This document shows, piece by piece, positions 61,773 through 64,000 of a stretch of 64,000 nt of DNA. The notes beneath the pieces were generated by a model. That model saw only the letters and a list, made by a program, of their open reading frames with translations. It searched no databases and was not told the DNA's origin. Source of the DNA: Botryllus schlosseri (taxonomy: Eukaryota); assembly GCA_051294905.1 (NCBI GenBank), contig CM119372.1, forward strand, positions 7,564,001-7,628,000, written 5' to 3'. Both the position numbers and the translations under genes were made by a program. Numbering within the stretch: the stretch's first letter is position 1; each line of letters begins with the position of its first letter.

Positions 61773-62648
61773 ATGAGTGTACCGCTCAATCAAGAAGTAG
61801 ACTCGGACGACTGCTTGAAGGAATACAAGTATGTCTTTCAAAGAGACTTGCTGAGAGGAAAAGTCGCGTTCGTAACAGGCGGCGGGTCGGGTATAGGTTT
61901 CCGTATCGTCGAAATATTAATGAGACACGGGTGCGATACAGCGATCGCCAGCAGGAGGCTCGATCGAGTGCAGACTGCCGCTAAAAAGTTGGAACAGGCC
62001 ACCGGCCGCAAGTGTCTTGCCATTAAAGCGGACGTGCGCAATGCGGCCGAGGTTGAACAAGCGGTGGATGATATCCTTCGACGGTACGGACGTATCGATA
62101 TACTAGTCAACTCGGCTGCTGGCAATTTTCTATGCGACGCTGAAAACTTGTCGTACAATGCCTTCAAAACTGTGATCGAGATCGACACGATCGGTACCTT
62201 CAACACCAGCAAGGCAGTGTATCAAAAGTATTTCAAAAAGAACGGTGGTAACATCATCAATATTACCGCCACGTTGGCGTACAGAGGCGACGCGTTGCAA
62301 GTGCACGCAGGCTCGGCGAAGGCCGCGATCGACGCGATGACCCGGCATTTGGCGGTGGAATGGGGCCCGGACGGCGTTAGAGTTAATAATATAGCCCCGG
62401 GTCCTATCAAGGGCACGGAAGGCATGCGAAGACTCGGTGGGAAAAGCCCGGTCGCGGAGATGATGTATTCGTCAATCCCTTTGAAGCGCGGAGGACAGAA
62501 ATGCGAAATCGCGGAAGCCGTGGTGTATCTGTCCAGCGATGCGTCGTCTTACGTAACCGGCACCGTTCACATTGTTGACGGTGGTAGTTGGTTGACAGCG
62601 TTTAATGACTTCTCCATGCGCAAACAATTTTTGCAGTCGAAGATGTGA
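61773..62648 (+). CDS. DECR2: Peroxisomal 2,4-dienoyl-CoA reductase, single exon, 291 aa
   Basis: SDR fold: [57 protein letters not shown]-terminal PTS1-type tripeptide SKM. Confidence 0.95.
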   Translation: MSVPLNQEVDSDDCLKEYKYVFQRDLLRGKVAFVTGGGSGIGFRIVEILMRHGCDTAIASRRLDRVQTAAKKLEQATGRKCLAIKADVRNAAEVEQAVDDILRRYGRIDILVNSAAGNFLCDAENLSYNAFKTVIEIDTIGTFNTSKAVYQKYFKKNGGNIINITATLAYRGDALQVHAGSAKAAIDAMTRHLAVEWGPDGVRVNNIAPGPIKGTEGMRRLGGKSPVAEMMYSSIPLKRGGQKCEIAEAVVYLSSDASSYVTGTVHIVDGGSWLTAFNDFSMRKQFLQSKM

Positions 62649-63729
62649 GGGCTGTTCTAGTTGATTACATTTTTGACATCGAACCTCGTTCACCCTGCCG
62701 ATATGCTCGAATTAATATTTTTTGCAATGCTTCCGTGTTTGCATTGCGATCGCGGTGTTTTGCAGTCGTTTTAGTGCTGTTAATTTTATTTGAAATTAAA
62801 CCCGCTCCTTTTAAATAATCAAATTTTACTCTACAAATAAATATCTATTTACATGACCTGACAGCTATGCTCGTGAAATATGCCAGATATCTCGCTGAGC
62901 CAGTATGAAAGAAAATATGGGTCGTGGAGGTTACCATGTTGAATGTAAAACCGCTAAAAATAACACGCATCTAGCAGAGGTACTATTCGGCGGCAGACAT
63001 TTCGGTGCTTGGACACTGGACACGGAAGGTACGACCAATCTATACCTCGGCCATTTTTGACCAAGATTTATCGCCGTCATTCATTTTGAGAGCGAACTTT
63101 GCGGATTCGCATATGTTAGCCAAAACTCTGTGTGTGCTGTGCTGATCTGGCGCCGAGATGAAGTTGCGAGAGAGAGCGTTTTTTTTACATCCAACCAAAA
63201 TACATAAAAACAGACGGCAATGACGATGGTACAGAAAATATGCATACACCTGATCAGACTAGTTGACCCTCACGATCGATACGACCGTGAAGGTCAACTA
63301 GTCTGATCACACCTGCATCAAACAGTCTGGCTGTATAAAGTGTTAACTTGAAAAAGGAAAAGAAAAAAAATTAAACGATGGTGCCTCATGTAGTCTATAT
63401 ACTCAGGGCCGTAACAGAACTTCATCAGCCAAAAACGTGGGCCCCCCATGTGACGATAAACCGAACTTCTGGGCCCCCCAGACCCCCCTCAGGATATACG
63501 CTCTTCCCCGCTACTTATCTTCTACATTTACAGAGTCGGCTCTTCTCGCCTAAACGCTCGTTCGTGTTACATAGAGCGTTCGTGTTTTTTTAGTCAACCG
63601 ACCACAAAGTAGGGGAAATGTACCATTTTTTGAGAATTCTCCTTCGGTTTTGCAAGTCTGAAAATTCTGAAAAAGTGTCCTCTTTTCAGATTTCCAAAAT
63701 ATGGTAACCCTATACTATACCATATATAC

Positions 63730-64000
63730 CAGTGGTCGGGAACCTATGGCTCGCGAGCCATATATGGCTCTTTTGGGTATAAGATATGGCTCTTTTCCAA
63801 ATATTTATTTTTGTACTGAATTGATCAATATTGCAGCAACTTGTTAGTACATTTTAATCACGGCCAGATAATTATTCTCGTGGCAGTATAAACATGTCTG
63901 TTAGAGGTAAATCCTCAAATTTAAGTTACTATCGCGCCGGCGACCAATATCAATCGCGAATTCGATGCACCCGATTCGCAATCTTAGATTGCACAATACG
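63730..64000 (+). mobile_element. 5' end of a Charlie/Buster-type hAT element (runs out of the window)
   Basis: CAGTGGTCGGGAACCTATGGCTCGCGAGCCA...GGCTCTTT terminus. Left flank ATATATAC fits the NNNTANNN target. Confidence 0.6.

Noticed and set aside
63040-63249. Minus-strand ORF ending at a donor-like GAG|GTATAG
   Set aside because: No recognisable motif and no partner exon in the window.

Overview
AT-rich, transposon-dense eukaryotic genomic DNA. An invertebrate chordate (ascidian/tunicate-like) source is my inference from the vertebrate-like proteins, many 57-75 bp introns and acceptor sites just upstream of start codons. I resolved seven protein-coding genes by hand from splice sites and reading phase. 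(1) A P5B-type ATPase (ATP13A3-like, + strand, 24 exons in the window, 5' end outside, stop at 31813). (2) A 4-exon BK-channel beta-subunit (KCNMB)-like gene nested antisense in the 8.7-kb intron of the ATPase (18930->13973); the ORF track shows it only as fragments. (3) An 8-exon MINPP1-like histidine phosphatase (- strand, 41301->34523) with HKP in place of the catalytic HAE motif and no ER-retention signal. (4) Intronless ZNF622. (5) An 8-exon S28/PRSS16-like protease (- strand) with one GC-AG intron. (6) Intronless SGSH. (7) Intronless DECR2. Introns and spacers hold a young non-autonomous LTR element (43099-46685, near-identical LTRs, 5-bp TSD) and about ten hAT-type MITEs with 8-bp TSDs, often nested. 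They also hold two full-length palindromic MITEs, a modular foldback element, a foldback element built from head-to-head telomere-like TTAGGG tracts, a tRNA-derived SINE family and LINE remnants. All homology calls come from motif recognition by eye; no searches were run.
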